DNA from: Candidatus Latescibacterota bacterium
GTDB lineage: Bacteria; Latescibacterota; UBA2968
Direction of reading: 5' to 3'
Length of the DNA stretch: 64,000 bases
Assembly (NCBI GenBank): GCA_965205975.1
Contig: OZ242195.1
Location: forward strand, 768,001-832,000
The notes under the pieces were generated by a model. It saw only the letters and a list, made by a program, of their open reading frames with translations, made no database searches and was not told the origin of the DNA. Of the stretch, positions 37,992 through 47,370 are shown one piece after another. A program made the position numbers and the translations under genes. Position 1 is the first letter of the stretch, and each line of letters begins with the position of its first letter.

Positions 37992-39980
37992 CTACGCAGA
38001 GGACAGTTCGATTCTCTTCATCACCCGCTCCAATACCCACTCCCTGACGATGCCATCCCGCTGCCCACCGAGCCCGCTTGTGTAATTGTTCTTTTCGACC
38101 TGCGCGTTGTGTTCCGGTCCGAACATCTCCTGTTTGTTTATGGCCTGCGCCAGGGCGGGAATAAGCGGTGCCATAGGTTGCAGTTCTTCGCGGCTGCGGT
38201 ATGACAGATAGGCACCTGCCCGTAGCCGCGCCCAGAGGATATCGCTCGATAGCGCGCGCTCAAAAGCGGGCAGGGCAAGGACGCCTTCACCTGCCCGCAC
38301 CAGATAGTCCCCAGCGGCCAGGCTGACGCTGATTGCGGGATCGTCCAGTAGGGGGGATAGGTGCTCGATCATCGCGCGTTCTACACCGAGTGAGCAAAGG
38401 CCGGTAACAGCCCAGAAACGCACGGCGCTGTCGGGATCGCCAAGTCGTTTTGCGAGTTCTTCCTTTGCTTCTTCGCCCATGCGCGCCAGGTCTGCTGTTT
38501 CCAGAATACGCTCGTAATTGTCACAATGCGCCCCGACTGCATGACTCACACCATTGTACTGCTCAGCTCGCGCGGCAATTTCCGGTTCATCAATCAACCC
38601 CAGGTCGCGGGTCTCGATCATCCAGTCGAACAATTTTTGCCGCAACTCATCCTTCACATTGCTGTAAGCGGGGTCATCTGCCAGGTTATTTATCTCTTCG
38701 GGATCGTTCTCGATGTCATACAATTCTTCGGCGGGTTTGTGATCCTGCCAGATCTGAAACTGCCGGTAATGCTCAGGCAACCCGTCCTGTTTGATCATGA
38801 CCGGCGGGCCGAGCATCAGAAATACGCCGTCGGGGTCGTGGACCTTTTGTTTGCCTGGCAGGCAAGAGGTCTCCCAGAAGGCGCGTTCCGGCGTTCCTTT
38901 CTCCGGGACCTTCGCGAAGAACCCGCCGTCTGGATAAAACGAAGCATAAGGTTGGTGGGGGAGGAAGTTGCGGATATAACGGTATTTTTCGGTGCGGATT
39001 GTGCGGATCACTTCCGGGTTGTTGTCCAGCCGATCCCTGGCACTGCAGACGAAATCTCTCGGTTCATCTCTGTTGGGGCCGCACAGGTTGCGACTCTGGA
39101 TGTGTTCGGCGATAGGAATGCCTGATAGCTGCAGGGTCGTCGCGCAGAGGTCCATGTGCAAGACGGGTTCATCAACCGCGGCGCCGGGTTCTGCCGGGGA
39201 TAGGTGCTGATATTTTTCAGGGAATCGCATGATCAGTGGGATATTCAGCCCGTCGTCGTAGGCGTGGATCTTGCCCCGGGGATAACCTGCGCCGTGGTCT
39301 CCCCAATAGACCACAATGGTGTCTTCACTGTGCCCCTGTGCTTCAAGCTCATTCAGGATCTCCCCGACCTGCTTATCGACGTTGGTAAGGGCGTCGTAGA
39401 AGAGCGCCATCCGTTCCCTGAACAGGGGGGTGTCGGGAACAAAGCTCGGAACCGGCACCTCATTCGGGTCGTGCAACTCGTCGTCGCTCAAGAGTGAGGA
39501 ACGCGCTTTCCGCGCATCCTCGGGCGTCAGTTTGAATACACTGGCGTGGGAACTGCCCAGTCTGTAATACATGAAGAACGGCTTGTCTTCAGGGCGATTC
39601 TCCCAGAAATCTTCAGCGTTGTAATACTGTTCACGCTCCTCTTTGGAGACGTATAGGTTGATGTCATTGTCCGGCTGCGTGCAGGCATAACCGGCGTCCG
39701 TCAGCATTGTGTTTAACAACTCAACTCCTGCGGGGCGGATGATCGCGCTGCGGTGATGATGCGTGCCCAGCGTGGTCGGATGCATGCCGGTATAGATGCC
39801 CGTGCGCGATGGTGAGCAGATTGGGCCAGCGGTGAACGCGTTTGTGTAGCGCACACCTTCTGCCGCCATGCGGTCAATATTTGGGGTATGTGCGTATTGA
39901 TCTCCGTAGCAACCGTAGTTCCAGGCACTGGAATCGTGGTTGCTGATCCACAGGAAATTGGGTCTGTCTTGTTTTGTCAT
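37992..39980 (-). CDS. Sulfatase (Cys-type) with C-terminal HEAT-like repeats
   Basis: RPNFLWI, CSPSR, GDHG and ELYD motifs, then LGDPDSAVRFWAV and LLDDPAISVSLAA repeats. Confidence 0.92.
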   Translation of the reverse strand: MTKQDRPNFLWISNHDSSAWNYGCYGDQYAHTPNIDRMAAEGVRYTNAFTAGPICSPSRTGIYTGMHPTTLGTHHHRSAIIRPAGVELLNTMLTDAGYACTQPDNDINLYVSKEEREQYYNAEDFWENRPEDKPFFMYYRLGSSHASVFKLTPEDARKARSSLLSDDELHDPNEVPVPSFVPDTPLFRERMALFYDALTNVDKQVGEILNELEAQGHSEDTIVVYWGDHGAGYPRGKIHAYDDGLNIPLIMRFPEKYQHLSPAEPGAAVDEPVLHMDLCATTLQLSGIPIAEHIQSRNLCGPNRDEPRDFVCSARDRLDNNPEVIRTIRTEKYRYIRNFLPHQPYASFYPDGGFFAKVPEKGTPERAFWETSCLPGKQKVHDPDGVFLMLGPPVMIKQDGLPEHYRQFQIWQDHKPAEELYDIENDPEEINNLADDPAYSNVKDELRQKLFDWMIETRDLGLIDEPEIAARAEQYNGVSHAVGAHCDNYERILETADLARMGEEAKEELAKRLGDPDSAVRFWAVTGLCSLGVERAMIEHLSPLLDDPAISVSLAAGDYLVRAGEGVLALPAFERALSSDILWARLRAGAYLSYRSREELQPMAPLIPALAQAINKQEMFGPEHNAQVEKNNYTSGLGGQRDGIVREWVLERVMKRIELSSA

Positions 39981-40043
39981 CTATCTGGTTCTCCAAATGT
40001 ATCAGACGATAAAAATGCGAACTGTCAATCGCGTTGTAACCCC

Positions 40044-41471
40044 TCACCATTTCTGATCTATAATCAGAAATCCTTTCGCTTTACACAGTTCACTGTCTTT
40101 CCACCCGTAAAAGAGGAGCAGGCCATCTCTTACATTTCCTTCTGGATCTTTAACCGGTTGAATATTGTTAAATTTCCAACCGGCATACTCCGGGGCACGT
40201 GGCGTCAAATCTCTCACTCTTTGCCAGGTAAATCCACTATCGGTGGAGATCCACTCTTCAATATCTCCTCCACCTCTGGAGTCCATGTTGCCACGTTTTT
40301 CTTTTATAAATTTGTGATCACCTACTATCAGATAAGCATGTAGCGTGCCACTTTCATCCTGCCTGAGATAGCAACTGTTCCAATCATCAGTGGCAGGGGT
40401 GATAACCGTCTGTATCCATTGGTGATTGATATACCTCACATAATAGTAATTGCACCTGTCGGGCACATCTTCCGATAGCACATGCAAAAAGGCCGGATTG
40501 TCATTTTCATCTATGACAATATCAGGTGGAACGCCTGCCCCTCGCCAATCGGTATCCCAAATTTTGCATTTGTCATTTGCAGTGCCAATATCAATGGGCG
40601 TTCTGACTGTCTCGCCATCAAAATTCGCAACCTCATGCGTTTGCAGGTTGATTTTTACATAATAGAGGTTGTATTTGAGCCCGAGATTCTTTTTGCTTCC
40701 ATAACGAGGATTGTAAAACTTTTCTGGGATATCCTTCTTATTGTCATCATAAGAACAAAATACGGCGTGCAAAAACTTTCCATCTTTACTCGGAAAGCAA
40801 GTGTGATAAGAAGACCACTCATTCAAGTCCATCGGATCATCTACTGTTGCTGTTTCTTCCCCCATGTTTAAATCTGTGACATCATTTTCAGGCCCTGACC
40901 AGGTCTTACCTTCATCGTCTGAAATTAAATATGACCACGAACTTCTGTGCTCTCCTGTTCGGAAATAAACCACTTGTCTATTATTGTATATGTGATAAAC
41001 CGTAGGGTAAGAAAGCGAGTTTCTTATTTCAGGGGCTGGAGACCAGTCTTCTACACCGGTTCCAATATCCGCTACCTTTTTGGATATTAAATGTGTTCCT
41101 GGCGTTTTGTGACAACCCGACAAAATATGTAAAAAGTCATCATTATCAGCCCAGATTATGGGGCAATAATGCTGGTCGTTTGAGCCTTTGGTTCCCAGTT
41201 GTAGGGGAGACGAAAAAGACTTTGTCTCGGGGTTAAAAGAGATAACAAAAGGATATGTCTTTTCCCTGGTTTCAGCATCCATTGGTGCCCCGCCATTATA
41301 AACGATATATACTCGATTGTTGATAAAGATGGCTTGAGGGCGCTGCCTTCTGTCATAGATCATTTTTAATTGTCCCCCACTTCCAAAGGGAACAACAGAA
41401 AAATCCGTTTGTTTCTCAGTGTCCACAGCCTGATCTCCCAATGTAATCGGTGAAATAAAAAGGACTCTCAA
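40044..41471 (-). CDS. BNR-4 repeat / beta-propeller protein
   Basis: DQHYCP...LHILSGCH, SYP, and Asp-boxes SDDEGKTW and STDSGFTW. Confidence 0.75.
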   Translation of the reverse strand: MRVLFISPITLGDQAVDTEKQTDFSVVPFGSGGQLKMIYDRRQRPQAIFINNRVYIVYNGGAPMDAETREKTYPFVISFNPETKSFSSPLQLGTKGSNDQHYCPIIWADNDDFLHILSGCHKTPGTHLISKKVADIGTGVEDWSPAPEIRNSLSYPTVYHIYNNRQVVYFRTGEHRSSWSYLISDDEGKTWSGPENDVTDLNMGEETATVDDPMDLNEWSSYHTCFPSKDGKFLHAVFCSYDDNKKDIPEKFYNPRYGSKKNLGLKYNLYYVKINLQTHEVANFDGETVRTPIDIGTANDKCKIWDTDWRGAGVPPDIVIDENDNPAFLHVLSEDVPDRCNYYYVRYINHQWIQTVITPATDDWNSCYLRQDESGTLHAYLIVGDHKFIKEKRGNMDSRGGGDIEEWISTDSGFTWQRVRDLTPRAPEYAGWKFNNIQPVKDPEGNVRDGLLLFYGWKDSELCKAKGFLIIDQKW

Positions 41472-43432
41472 TTTTCAGAAGTGCGGCCATCTACTTCCTG
41501 GTGGGGGTTGTCTTCTGCCTGTTTTGTAAAATCGAGGATCTTCTTTCGCGTCCCCTTGCTGATGGTGACAACCCCGCTGTTCCACTCAGCATTGAGAAAG
41601 GGGCTTTCAAAGACTTTCTTTGGCGCGTAGTCGATCAGCTTGCCATTGATTGAGGGTACCGCTTTGGCGCTGGTATCAAAGGTCAACTGATCGCCATAGA
41701 TGGTTTTGTAGCGCAGCACCGTTCCATCCATCTGAACTTCACAGGCTTTCACCTTTTTTTTAAAAGCGTCGAAACTCGTGACATCGCTCCTGGCCATGAC
41801 TTCAATGATCACTGGTGCGTATTCGTCATTGGGGATCATGGTCGTGTTTTCGGGAACAAAGCGATCCGTGTCAAACTCGCCATCCATCCACTTGAAACCG
41901 CCTGTGGCTACACGGATCGCCGCATAAGCACCTTTGGCCTCCACATAGACCACGCCATCCTCTTCTACTGGCGTACTCAATCCGCTCTTCGACATCCAGA
42001 TGATCATCTCGGCACCGTCCTTATGGTGCTTGAGCTTCTGGATAATTAAGCTGCCTTTGCTCTGTACAGACCACTGTGCGTTCATGGCCACCCGGTTGTC
42101 TTTGGGGCGAACGATGGGAACAATACGCGCATCGTGTTCGCCGGCAAAGATCACGCCTTGCCAGCGATTTTGTGCACTGATCGCAGCCCAATCCTCCAGG
42201 GGCCTCGCTTCCGTCATTGGCGTTCCCATGATGAAGGCGGGATCGCAGTAGCTGTAGCGCAGAATACCACCCTTATCGGTTCGCATCCTGGTCGGCACTT
42301 GTGTATCAGCAGTCTTCAAAGGGCGACCCGTTTTTCCCAGACCCTGGGGACGCTGTCGCACCTCGTAGCGTCCTCGTCCTGCCACGTCGATTGCGATATC
42401 GGCTACCACGGCTGGTGGACGGTAGTCGCTGAGAGCCGCGTTTACGTCATGACCGTAAACAGCAGGCTGCTTGCCGATGCCAAAGTAGAACCAGGCCAGC
42501 GGCGCATTGCCATGATCCCGATTTTGCTGAAGCCCTTTCCAGAAATAGACGCGAGACCGCCCACCACCTTGAACGCCGTCAATCTGTTCCTGCGCCCAAT
42601 AGGCAAAATAAAGATCGAGCAACAGCCCGGCTGACCGTCTCACCTGCGGGTCACCAAAGTCGTAGAAATTGTAGAACCCCTTGATCAATGTGCTGTTATA
42701 GTCGTCGCACATCATCTCGATGCACAGGCTTTTGCGCGCACGTTCACGGCAGTAGATCACAAAATACGCATTCCAGGCCCGATAGTGTTCCGCCGCTGTA
42801 GCGCCGTCATCATACTTGAGATTCTTGTATTCGGGCCGATCTTTCGCGATCCTGGCAAACTGCCAGCAGACCGTAAAACTCATGGCATGATGATTCTCTG
42901 ACAGGTAGATGTGCCAGGTCTTAGATTTCTCGTATTCCGCCTTATCAAGTCGGGAAACCTTCCTGACGTATTCCCAAATTGGCTTGAGAGCGAGGGCTTC
43001 GGTCTTTTTGGTGATGCGATTACTACCGTTGGTGCCGTACATCTCAATCAGCCGCATGACGATCTCCGCATGCCAGTGAAAACTGTCACGGTCATTGATG
43101 TCCAGAGGGTTGTCGAGATAATGCTGGGCATTTTCGATAAGTGCGGCATTGGCTTCTTCCAGCATCTCGTTCAGGTAGAGGCAACGTGCGGCAAACCCCA
43201 CCATGGAATAGGAATAGGCCCGCACATAATTTCCTCGCCCGGGATCGAGTGGCTTCTGTTTTTTTGCCCGCACCAACGGCTTGCCAGATTCAGCGCGAAA
43301 CATCGCATCCACTCGCTGGTCAAAGCCAGCTACGACCGCTTCGGGGGTAAAATTCTTCTTCACTGGTTCCGCTCCTTGTGTCTGCCCAGTTATAAGTATA
43401 ACGATCAGCATTATGCGGTTTATAATTCGCAT
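41468..43432 (-). CDS. Secreted hypothetical protein (heparinase/lyase-like architecture possible)
   Basis: Signal-like MRIINRIMLIVILITG; SENH motif; start ATG 43432 (upstream extension overlaps rhaM). Confidence 0.6.
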   Translation of the reverse strand: MRIINRIMLIVILITGQTQGAEPVKKNFTPEAVVAGFDQRVDAMFRAESGKPLVRAKKQKPLDPGRGNYVRAYSYSMVGFAARCLYLNEMLEEANAALIENAQHYLDNPLDINDRDSFHWHAEIVMRLIEMYGTNGSNRITKKTEALALKPIWEYVRKVSRLDKAEYEKSKTWHIYLSENHHAMSFTVCWQFARIAKDRPEYKNLKYDDGATAAEHYRAWNAYFVIYCRERARKSLCIEMMCDDYNSTLIKGFYNFYDFGDPQVRRSAGLLLDLYFAYWAQEQIDGVQGGGRSRVYFWKGLQQNRDHGNAPLAWFYFGIGKQPAVYGHDVNAALSDYRPPAVVADIAIDVAGRGRYEVRQRPQGLGKTGRPLKTADTQVPTRMRTDKGGILRYSYCDPAFIMGTPMTEARPLEDWAAISAQNRWQGVIFAGEHDARIVPIVRPKDNRVAMNAQWSVQSKGSLIIQKLKHHKDGAEMIIWMSKSGLSTPVEEDGVVYVEAKGAYAAIRVATGGFKWMDGEFDTDRFVPENTTMIPNDEYAPVIIEVMARSDVTSFDAFKKKVKACEVQMDGTVLRYKTIYGDQLTFDTSAKAVPSINGKLIDYAPKKVFESPFLNAEWNSGVVTISKGTRKKILDFTKQAEDNPHQEVDGRTSEN

Positions 43433-43445
43433 TATAAATACTCTG

Positions 43446-43760
43446 TTAATCCTGGTGAAAAACTTCCTGCAGCGGTATGCAGACTGGCGAGTTGTCGGGA
43501 TTGGTGTCCATGATATCGGCCATGTAGGCCCACCATTTCTTGACGATTTCGGTCTCTGGCAACTCATCTGCAGTATTGTCGTCGGTCAGCTTTTGCACCG
43601 CAAAGAGTGTCAGCGTCTCCTCATCGAGAAAAATTGAATAGTCCGAGACGCCAGCTTTGCCCAATTCTTCAGCTAGTTCGGGCCAAATTTCGTCGTGGCG
43701 CTTTTTGTACTCGGCTTCGTAACCGGGCTTTAGCTGCATCTTGAAAGCATTGCGTTGCAT
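43446..43760 (-). CDS. rhaM: L-rhamnose mutarotase
   Basis: AFKMQLKPG-x3-EYKKRHDEIWPEL...DYSIFLDE...KWWAYMADIM...EVFH. Confidence 0.93.
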   Translation of the reverse strand: MQRNAFKMQLKPGYEAEYKKRHDEIWPELAEELGKAGVSDYSIFLDEETLTLFAVQKLTDDNTADELPETEIVKKWWAYMADIMDTNPDNSPVCIPLQEVFHQD

Positions 43761-43820
43761 GATATTTTACTCCTGACTTCGAGGATGAAGGGTTTTAGCA
43801 TTCATCGCCTTCATTTGCGC

Positions 43821-46055
43821 TCACGCTGAGCAGTCCCCGGCGTCTGTTGTACCGGTATCAAATGCCCATCCGTCCCACATGTTGTCAACGGTCGCTGGCA
43901 CATCCTCTCGAAAGTTTCGGGTATCGACCCACCACTGACGGTTTGGTGCTGGTCCATGCGACAGGTTAAAATATGGCGTCATACCATCTCGTTGATACTC
44001 ACAGGGAACGACGAGACGCACGACAGGCCGATCGCGGTCAGCAGAGCGATTGACACCTCCCCCGTGAATAAGGCGAGGATGCCAGAAAACAACGTCCCCT
44101 GCTTTGCCGGAAAACTCCACTGGCGCGATCTCTCTCAGCACATTGTCACGGGCTTTGCTATACGGCTCTGCGAGGTCGGGGTCAAGGGGACCGTAAACAG
44201 TAGTGTGATACAAGTGACTCATGTAATGTGACCCCGGCCAGATTGTAAAGCCACCAGAGTGCGGCGGCACCGTATCTACAAAAACCATTGCAGACAATTG
44301 AGCCGCTGTATGGTCTCCATGGGGGGCCAAACGACTTTCTGAATTTGGTGGTTTTGGAAATATACAATAGACCCCGCGCACCCGGTTTGAACGCTTAACC
44401 GGGTCGCCGATAAACAATGAGACCAACTGCCGCATACGTGGATGGTTGGCGATCTTATCGACAAAAAAAGGCTCTGTACCAATTTTGCGCGAGCGCATCT
44501 TCCAGGTGCCGCGCGAAAAGTGCCCTGCATTTTCGGCATCCGCCTCTGTCCACTGCCCGTGTGGCGCATCGAACCACGTTTGCACATCGTCGCGTTTGAC
44601 AATTTCACGCGGCACATTTTCCCACACATAATCCACGATCCGGTCAAACGTCTCCTTCTCTTGCAGAAACCCGCGTTTCACAATAAAACCATTCTCTTTG
44701 AAAAACGCGACTTCGGCTTCACTGAGGGTTGGGTCTCCGTTCACAAATTCTGGATCGGGCAAGAGGGCTGGGTCTCCGTTCGCAAATTCTGGATTGACCA
44801 ATACCTGGGGATCGCGGATGACGACGTCTTCGGAAATTCTGAGTGCGTGTAAACCGCTCCCTTCAAATGGCGGCACCAAAAGATTGTAGAATTGTTGCGC
44901 TTTCTCTTTCTGATTCATGCATGCCAATTCGGCTTTCACAGGCTCAAAGTCCATATTTAAATAAAGGTAAGCGGCGAGCCTCATACATCTAAATGCGGGC
45001 TCCCCAGAAAAGGGTTGGATCTGTGGAAGCGTCCACTCGAGATCGCCCGTCCAGTAGGGATAAAGCCAATCAAAGGCGCGTCGCATGGATCGTCCATCGG
45101 CAGATTCAAAATTGGCGAGATCAATACCCCACTGTCGGCCAATTTCAGCGAGTTCTAAAAGCAGCTCCAAATTCATACTCGCGTATCCAAGTGATTTTGT
45201 GCGTGCGAGTTCCAGAGGCTGTTGACCATCTGGCTCAATCTGATTGGCAATTCTTCTTTCTCCCACCCCTTTTAATATCATTCGCGCAAGGTCTGATTGC
45301 CCCACAAAAAGCGCGAATGTCACAACCTGAACATCATAAGAACTCGAATGGTTATTGCCATGACGCGCTTCATCAACGCCATAAGGATGCTTCAACATCC
45401 ATTCGAGAAAGGCATGAAACCAGGCCTGCAAATTTTCCATATCTTTTTTGGACCAGTTCCTGGAGTCGCGCAAAAAACTGACCGCAGGGAGCATATCGCG
45501 TGCAAATGCAGCCGTCTCAATAAGCCCAATACCTCGCCCTTCGCATATCCCGGGTATGGCCTGTCCAAACAACAGGTTTGGGTTCATCCTGGTTTCGGGA
45601 TTCATAAACCATGTTCGCAACAACAATGCAGCATGAGCCGCGTAGTCTTCTCGATGTGTAAAACCATACGCAAACCCCAGCGTTTTTACCGTTGAAATGA
45701 ATTTTGCCAACAAAGGGCGGTCCGTTTTCTCGACCTCGGGATTGACCTCGCCATCTCGTCGGATATAAGGCAAACCGTCAGGCTTATCGGGGTCAGGCCA
45801 CCAGTAAGGTCCAACACTCATGTAATCGTGTTTGTCACTACTGGTAGGCAAGATCGGTTTGTTCACAATGGTCAGCGGTTCCTGCTTCAAAGCGGCATCC
45901 GCTTTCACAAGCAAGGCTTTTAGAGCTTGCCCACACGGGTTATCTTCTTGTTTGCTCAACGAGCGCGCCCGCTTGATGTAATCGGGATCTACTGTAAATA
46001 TGGGTTCAGCAGGTGAAAACGCCTCGAGCAGATCAGCTTCTTTGTCCGGATACAT
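43821..46055 (-). CDS. Alginate lyase (PL5-like alpha/alpha) fused to a PhyH-like dioxygenase
   Basis: N-terminal KHDYMSVGPYWWP, RMNPNL, GRGIGLI, NNH and QPLELART motifs. C-terminal LSEAEVAFFKENGFIV, PHGD, WPGSH and GDVVFWH...IH motifs. Confidence 0.85.
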   Translation of the reverse strand: MYPDKEADLLEAFSPAEPIFTVDPDYIKRARSLSKQEDNPCGQALKALLVKADAALKQEPLTIVNKPILPTSSDKHDYMSVGPYWWPDPDKPDGLPYIRRDGEVNPEVEKTDRPLLAKFISTVKTLGFAYGFTHREDYAAHAALLLRTWFMNPETRMNPNLLFGQAIPGICEGRGIGLIETAAFARDMLPAVSFLRDSRNWSKKDMENLQAWFHAFLEWMLKHPYGVDEARHGNNHSSSYDVQVVTFALFVGQSDLARMILKGVGERRIANQIEPDGQQPLELARTKSLGYASMNLELLLELAEIGRQWGIDLANFESADGRSMRRAFDWLYPYWTGDLEWTLPQIQPFSGEPAFRCMRLAAYLYLNMDFEPVKAELACMNQKEKAQQFYNLLVPPFEGSGLHALRISEDVVIRDPQVLVNPEFANGDPALLPDPEFVNGDPTLSEAEVAFFKENGFIVKRGFLQEKETFDRIVDYVWENVPREIVKRDDVQTWFDAPHGQWTEADAENAGHFSRGTWKMRSRKIGTEPFFVDKIANHPRMRQLVSLFIGDPVKRSNRVRGVYCIFPKPPNSESRLAPHGDHTAAQLSAMVFVDTVPPHSGGFTIWPGSHYMSHLYHTTVYGPLDPDLAEPYSKARDNVLREIAPVEFSGKAGDVVFWHPRLIHGGGVNRSADRDRPVVRLVVPCEYQRDGMTPYFNLSHGPAPNRQWWVDTRNFREDVPATVDNMWDGWAFDTGTTDAGDCSA
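44724..44794. repeat. In-frame tandem duplication (32 bp, period 39) at the domain boundary
   Basis: NPEFANGDPAL / DPEFVNGDPTL; 2 nt mismatches. Confidence 0.9.
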
Positions 46056-46115
46056 GTGAATACTCCTGTTTTAAGTTGGTCATTGTAAAATGAAACTCGC
46101 CTGGCTTTGACTCAG

Positions 46116-47171
46116 CTACCGCTCAGGATCTACTGTAGCACCTGTTACAAATAATAAAGCATCTTTGGAAAGTTTCTTGCCTCCCACGTACATCCCCCAT
46201 CGAAAGGCACTGCGACCACTGGGCCTTGCCCAGTCGTGGCGTCCTACAAATTCCCCATTGATGTAGCATTCAGATGTATAGCCGTTGTCGCGAATGCGGA
46301 CATCAAAAGACTTGCCTTCCATGTTCTTTAATACAGTCTTAGGGGTCGCTCTGCGCGGCTGGAATACGACGTCACCTTCAGCGGTCATAGCCAAATGTAT
46401 GGACCAGTCTTCGCCATCGTTTTTCACCTGAAAAATGGCACACCCTTGTGCCTTCACAATCGTGTAGGTGCCAATCCATTCATGCCAGGTCCCGCGGTCC
46501 CACCTCTTTTTGCTAAACGCCTCTATCCGAGCCGCATTGGCACGTGCATTGCGCACATTGTGCTCACCATCAAAAAGGCGAAACACCTGTGTGTTTCCGT
46601 CCTCCTGATACCATCGCGACCATTTGTGAAAATCGCGTCGAGGAATCAAACTGTTGCCCAGCGTGTGAATGTTGATTTCACTTTCTATGGGGCGTAATGC
46701 ATAGGGCCCCTTTTCTACCACCTCGTTATTGACGTCAATTATTGAACCTGTTATTCCCGCAGATGAGTTCGCACCGATCGGAATCTGTTTCTCTTCGAGA
46801 ATGGACGACCATGAAGGATCACTACCCTGCCTGGTGTAAAGGAACCGATCGGGGCTACCACCGCCACCACCGCCAGAGGTGGAGGTAGCAAAGGCATTGA
46901 CAAAGAGCAGAAAATCGCCAAAATCTATCATACCATTTCCGTCCAGATCAACCGGGGCGTCATACTTGTCATCGCCTTGATTTGCTCCAAACTTGCTTGC
47001 TAAAAATAAAAAATCTGCAAAGTTAACCATCTCATCGCCATTGAAATCCCCAGGCTGCGCAGTATCATCTGTCTGATTGCCCACGAGACCATCAGAGGCT
47101 TGCCCCGCGCATAGCAGCAACACAAGAGCGGCAATAAACGCTATTCCTTTGTTCAAAGACATTTGCGACAT
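46116..47171 (-). CDS. Secreted protein: dockerin/EF-hand-like repeats, Gly linker, and PL7-like jelly-roll polysaccharide lyase domain
   Basis: Signal peptide; GDFNGDEMVNFADF and DLDGNGMIDFGDF; GGGGGGS; RIE...IFQVK...FRWGMY. Confidence 0.65.
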   Translation of the reverse strand: MSQMSLNKGIAFIAALVLLLCAGQASDGLVGNQTDDTAQPGDFNGDEMVNFADFLFLASKFGANQGDDKYDAPVDLDGNGMIDFGDFLLFVNAFATSTSGGGGGGSPDRFLYTRQGSDPSWSSILEEKQIPIGANSSAGITGSIIDVNNEVVEKGPYALRPIESEINIHTLGNSLIPRRDFHKWSRWYQEDGNTQVFRLFDGEHNVRNARANAARIEAFSKKRWDRGTWHEWIGTYTIVKAQGCAIFQVKNDGEDWSIHLAMTAEGDVVFQPRRATPKTVLKNMEGKSFDVRIRDNGYTSECYINGEFVGRHDWARPSGRSAFRWGMYVGGKKLSKDALLFVTGATVDPER

Positions 47172-47259
47172 CCTTTCTCAATTTTTCTGAAGACCCTGCC
47201 CAATCCAATTTTTTTGAACATTTTGTGTTTTTCTATGAGGCGCTGCACAACGAAATGTC

Positions 47260-47289
47260 TTGATTGAGGTTCATTTTTGTATGTACTAT
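47260..47289 (+). promoter_or_regulatory. Putative sigma70 promoter
   Basis: TTGATT-N18-TACTAT in the AT-rich divergent intergenic region. Confidence 0.35.
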
Positions 47290-47370
47290 GCATATACGCA
47301 GTAGTTCTTTATATTGCGCTACACCGATCTGGTAGCGCGGGCTGAACTCAAAACAATGGGAAGAATATAT

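Noticed and set aside
39981..40043. Perfect TTGACA on the minus strand
   Set aside because: No acceptable -10 at 16-18 bp spacing.
43433..43567. Extension of ORF 41468-43567
   Set aside because: Overlaps rhaM; a signal-peptide start exists at 43432.
46856..46876. ccg/cca trinucleotide run
   Set aside because: Simply encodes a Gly linker; not a phase-variable tract.
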